Below, piece after piece: positions 60,701 through 64,000 of a DNA stretch of 64,000 nucleotides (positions are counted from its first letter, which is position 1; every line of letters starts with the position of its first letter). This DNA comes from Klebsormidium nitens. Lineage: Eukaryota > Plantae > Klebsormidiophyceae. The notes below the pieces were generated by a model. The model was not told where the DNA came from. It worked only from the letters and a program-made list of their open reading frames with translations, and ran no database searches. The stretch spans positions 92,400 through 156,399 of the forward strand of contig DF237135.1 in the NCBI GenBank assembly GCA_000708835.1, read 5' to 3'. Position numbers and translations under genes: made by a program.

Positions 60701-61816
60701 GAGGCTGGCTGCTCTTTTCTTGAGGTCAGCAGCAGGGTGAGGAGCGTCGGGAGCGCACTGGCAAGGCTTTTGGGGGGTGTCAGGTCGGCGCTTTGAAGAG
60801 TCGAGGCTCAACCTGCAAAAATGGGGACGTGTGGTGACGACCAATTCCGAAAGCACTCGGTTCTGAAAGCACTGATTCTGGAATCACCATTCGGACAAGC
60901 ACTCATTTTGAAGAGCAATTAAGCTGAAAAGCGCTCATTCTGAGATGTTGACCGTATGACGCATGGAGAAGGCTATGAATGGGGAAGGGAGAGGGGGTGT
61001 GAGGCCAGACGACGTTCTTAAGATAATTCGATGCTCAGCTCAGATTTGTGAAATGGTTTTGCGCGTATGAAGAATGGAATAAGGGACTCGAGGCCTTTGG
61101 CCAGCCTCCTGAATCCATCTCAGCCAGCAATAACGAATGTGGACTGGAGGCTTCGGTCAAGAGCAGACTGAGATTACTGGACGGCGTGTGCAATCCAAGA
61201 TCCTCACCTCCTCATGCCAAACTTGTCTTTCTTCACATGCTGGTGGGTAAGGCTGATGGACCCGAAGCTGTCTGAGGCCTTGTTTTTCTCCATGTTTAGG
61301 ACGCAGGCTCCCTTCTCCGTGTTGACCTGGCCTTGAAACAGGGCCTCAGCAACACCAGTCTGCGCAGCGGTTGGGAGCGGTTCGCTTGGGATCTTGGATG
61401 ATGTCTAGAATCACACACTTTTTGCAGCAATTGGAAGTGACTTGCAGGTTATCTCAGAGTAAGGAGAGTAATTTAATGAGGGCCTTCAACATATGCATTG
61501 GTGGGGAATGTCAGGAAGGCGATGCAAACACATTGAGTCTTGGAATTAGTTGAGGCGAAAAATGTGACTTCACACTTTACACACGCCAACGATCTTCAGA
61601 TTCTACTATAGTGGCTAAGCTTCTGACCCATTTGGAGTTGTCTGGACCATGACAGAAGTAAAGCATCTGCTGCTGATTATTGATGAATGAATCCAGTAGT
61701 CAGGAAAGCACAAAGCAACTTGCCTGTGCATTTGCGGGCACGTCTCGCATCGTGTCTCGTGATTGCTTGTACCTTGTTTTCGATGCTTGCTTTGGTTTGA
61801 AGCACCCAAAGACCAT
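57736..61816 (-). CDS. Hypothetical protein, largely disordered (Pro/Ser/Glu-rich), ~809 aa, 5 exons
   Basis: Exons (-): 61816-61724 (MVFGCFKPK.., GC donor), 61404-61208, 60812-59902, 59585-58866, 58244-57736 (TGA). Three long GC-rich open frames join in phase through consensus splice sites. I recognise no domain. The first two exons are less certain. Confidence 0.65.
60846..60943. repeat. Degenerate ~15-16-bp minisatellite (~6 units) in the orphan gene intron
   Basis: Units approximating tctgaaagcactcat, read directly. Confidence 0.6.
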
Positions 61817-63719
61817 CTTCTCAACGACTCGGCAAGTTGGGAAGCTGGCAAAACAAGACAAGGGATTCAGTCCGGCCCCTGAAACGAATTGCGGAGTGTT
61901 CCAGCTGAAACATTTGGAAAGGCGACACCTTTGGGCTTCAAGAGAGGGGCACAAGAGCTCAGCCTTACTAATTGCAGGAAAATGTGACAAACTATGTCTG
62001 AGCCGAAACTCCTGGAACGGCGTCAGAATCACTCCAAAAGGGATTGTTGTCATGTGAGAGACAGTGCTCTGATTGACTTGATCAAGTATTTGACATAATT
62101 AACGATCAAATTTTTCAAAAGCTCAAATGACCATTGAGTCAGTCGAGTCCCGCTTCATTTCGTTTGACGCACAGCATGCACCACTGTGTTGATGGGTCGC
62201 CATCAACCGAAACTAGGAATTGAGGGATTTACAGATCGGCCATGCTTCATGCAGACACAATCAGTGAGTGTAAAATCGGGATTGGCAGACACTTCTCTCA
62301 CCTTTCTCCCCGCTTCACACCCCTCCACAGCGAATGCAGACGTGGTTTTGCTTGTGGCTTATGGAAACTATGAAACCCAGCTTCCGAGTCTTTTCGACCA
62401 GCTTCCTCGCAAGCAATTGCCTAGCTGCTATTGCCTCAAAACCAGCTGTCTGGTATCTTTGCAGCGACTGTTTGCTTTTGACTGACAAAAAGTCTGCCAC
62501 TAGATGGAAGGTCCTTAATGAATTTATGCTAGAATCACTTAAACACACTTAATGTACTAGATTCACTGAAAGCTAGTGATTGTAGGAAATCACACGCTTC
62601 ACCACATTCAGCTTGATTGTAGCACAAAAGGTGGTGTGATAAAAGAAAGGGGCCCCTTGCACTATGCAAAGACGCTAGAATGAACTCTTGTGTGCCCCTT
62701 TCTGCGCATTCTTGTTTGTGAGGAAGGAAAAGGAAGACGCCTCGTTGCGGATTCAGCTGGAGCTGAGCACTTTTCCTTGCGCTTTCTTTCCTGGATCAGC
62801 TCAACATGGAGAACCGACAGCAAGAATCGTCGGAGTAGAAGCTGCAATTTAGACACCGCCGCGACAGTTGCGGAAAATCAGCCCTTTTGTTCAGAATGCC
62901 GGCAGCTGCGCCTCTGTTTCTACCACAATTTCCTTCCTAGCTGCTAGCTGGAGAATCAGCGCAGCACAGTGGCTGAGGCCCTGGGCGGACTGTTTGGACG
63001 GCAGGTTTGCGCCTCCCTTTCGTCTGTATCTTTGAAAGGGTGCAGCCTAGATACATGACCAATGCCGCATTCAAGCACCTAGCTAGGCAGCTATAGCCTA
63101 TACCTAGCTGCATTCTTGAAGTTGAAACTGAAGCGCAAGAGGGAACGCATGTGAGCGCCCCCGTATGGGTCGCCGAGGAACTCGGGCTCCCAACACGTTT
63201 CGATGCGACGCTTTCTGTTACCGGAAGAGAGGCCAGCATCACGTTGTTGTCGAAAAGTAGTTCGTGAACCTGGAGTCGTAAATTGCGCTGCAGGCCTGGC
63301 GTCCCCTCCAGACACCAGATTGTGGACATCCTGAAAGATTACCCGGGTGTTTGTACTGGCTGGCCACGAACCCGCGAAAGGTAGGTCAAAGAGACCCCGG
63401 CTAACCATAGCCGGCTGCTCTTCCAAGTTCCAATCCAATTGTGTAATCTTGGGTCGTAACCTCGACTGCTGTCTGCATTTAGTGCATGGTACGGTCTAAG
63501 GCCCTGCACGGAGCTTTCGGCGGTTATAGAGGCATTTGATTGGTCGACACACAATTGCGTCACAGTTGCGTCATTTCCTATCGGCATGACGCGAGCGATC
63601 AGCAACGGCATAAGGAATCTGAGCTTGGTGAGCGCTGGGCCTAGTTTTGACGCTCGCAAAGTTCCACGTCGGATCATCGGTACCGTGAATTGAGTCGCGT
63701 GGCATTATCTACGGCCGTC

Positions 63720-63870
63720 GCCGATTTTCGGAGGTCCGAAGTCGAATTTTCGGACTCGGCCGAGTCACTGCCACTGCCACTGACACTAGGCTAGGCTCGA
63801 GCCTAGCTAGGCTAGCTAGGCTAGCTACTGAGTAGCCAGTGTCCGGACTCCGGCGCGCCGAACTCAAACT
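63720..63870. repeat. Palindrome-rich low-complexity tract near the right edge of the window
   Basis: Perfect palindromes GACTCGGCCGAGTC (63753-63766) and GCTAGGCTCGAGCCTAGC (63790-63807), CTAGCTAGG tandem units and CACTGC repeats. Confidence 0.7.
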
Positions 63871-64000
63871 TCATTAAATTTAGTCGCTAGTACTGTCAAA
63901 TTGCGGCTCGGATCCGCCGACCGGCCTGCCACGCGGCGAATCTCACGGTTCCGATGATCGGACGTGGTGTATTGTTTCGCGAGGACCGGCGGCGTCCTCA

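Noticed and set aside
63091-63438. ORF containing TCWEPEFL, resembling a chromodomain WEPE motif
   Set aside because: A single short motif without the rest of the chromodomain or any retroelement domain.
1-64000. CRISPR arrays, prokaryotic defence or mobile systems, rRNA genes
   Set aside because: No regularly spaced repeat-spacer arrays, operons, transposase/RT/integrase ORFs or rRNA signatures were seen. The DNA is eukaryotic and intron-rich.

Overview
This is eukaryotic nuclear DNA: intron-rich, with GC3-rich exons. It is most likely a streptophyte green alga (Klebsormidium-like), inferred from a plant-type NdhS, a DExH7-type helicase, Fd-GOGAT and about 71 short spliceosomal introns. I reconstructed 10 spliced genes by hand; exon phases add up in all of them. 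In order: Fd-GOGAT (+, 5' end outside the window), F-box/kelch protein (+), GPI8/PIG-K (-), NdhS (+), DExH7-like RNA helicase (+), GT92/GT2-like glycosyltransferase (-), ecto-nucleotide pyrophosphatase/phosphodiesterase (+), ENTH/epsin-like protein (-), DOMON-cytochrome b561 (+) and an orphan low-complexity protein (-). No bacterial-type system, CRISPR array, rRNA or convincing tRNA is present. The most unusual signals: (1) a dispersed family of ~150-180 bp elements with a conserved G-rich, telomere-like core (TTAGGGTGGGTTCGGGTGCGGAGCG) but copy-specific inverted-repeat arms; (2) a GGTACC/palindrome-saturated island at 9.7-11.6 kb hosting several copies; (3) five predicted GC-AG introns out of ~71; (4) an EAR repression motif on the F-box/kelch protein; (5) a GPI8 that seems to lack its membrane anchor; (6) a decayed duplicate of a helicase exon start inside the preceding intron. 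Species, novelty and homology statements come from recalled family motifs, not from database searches.
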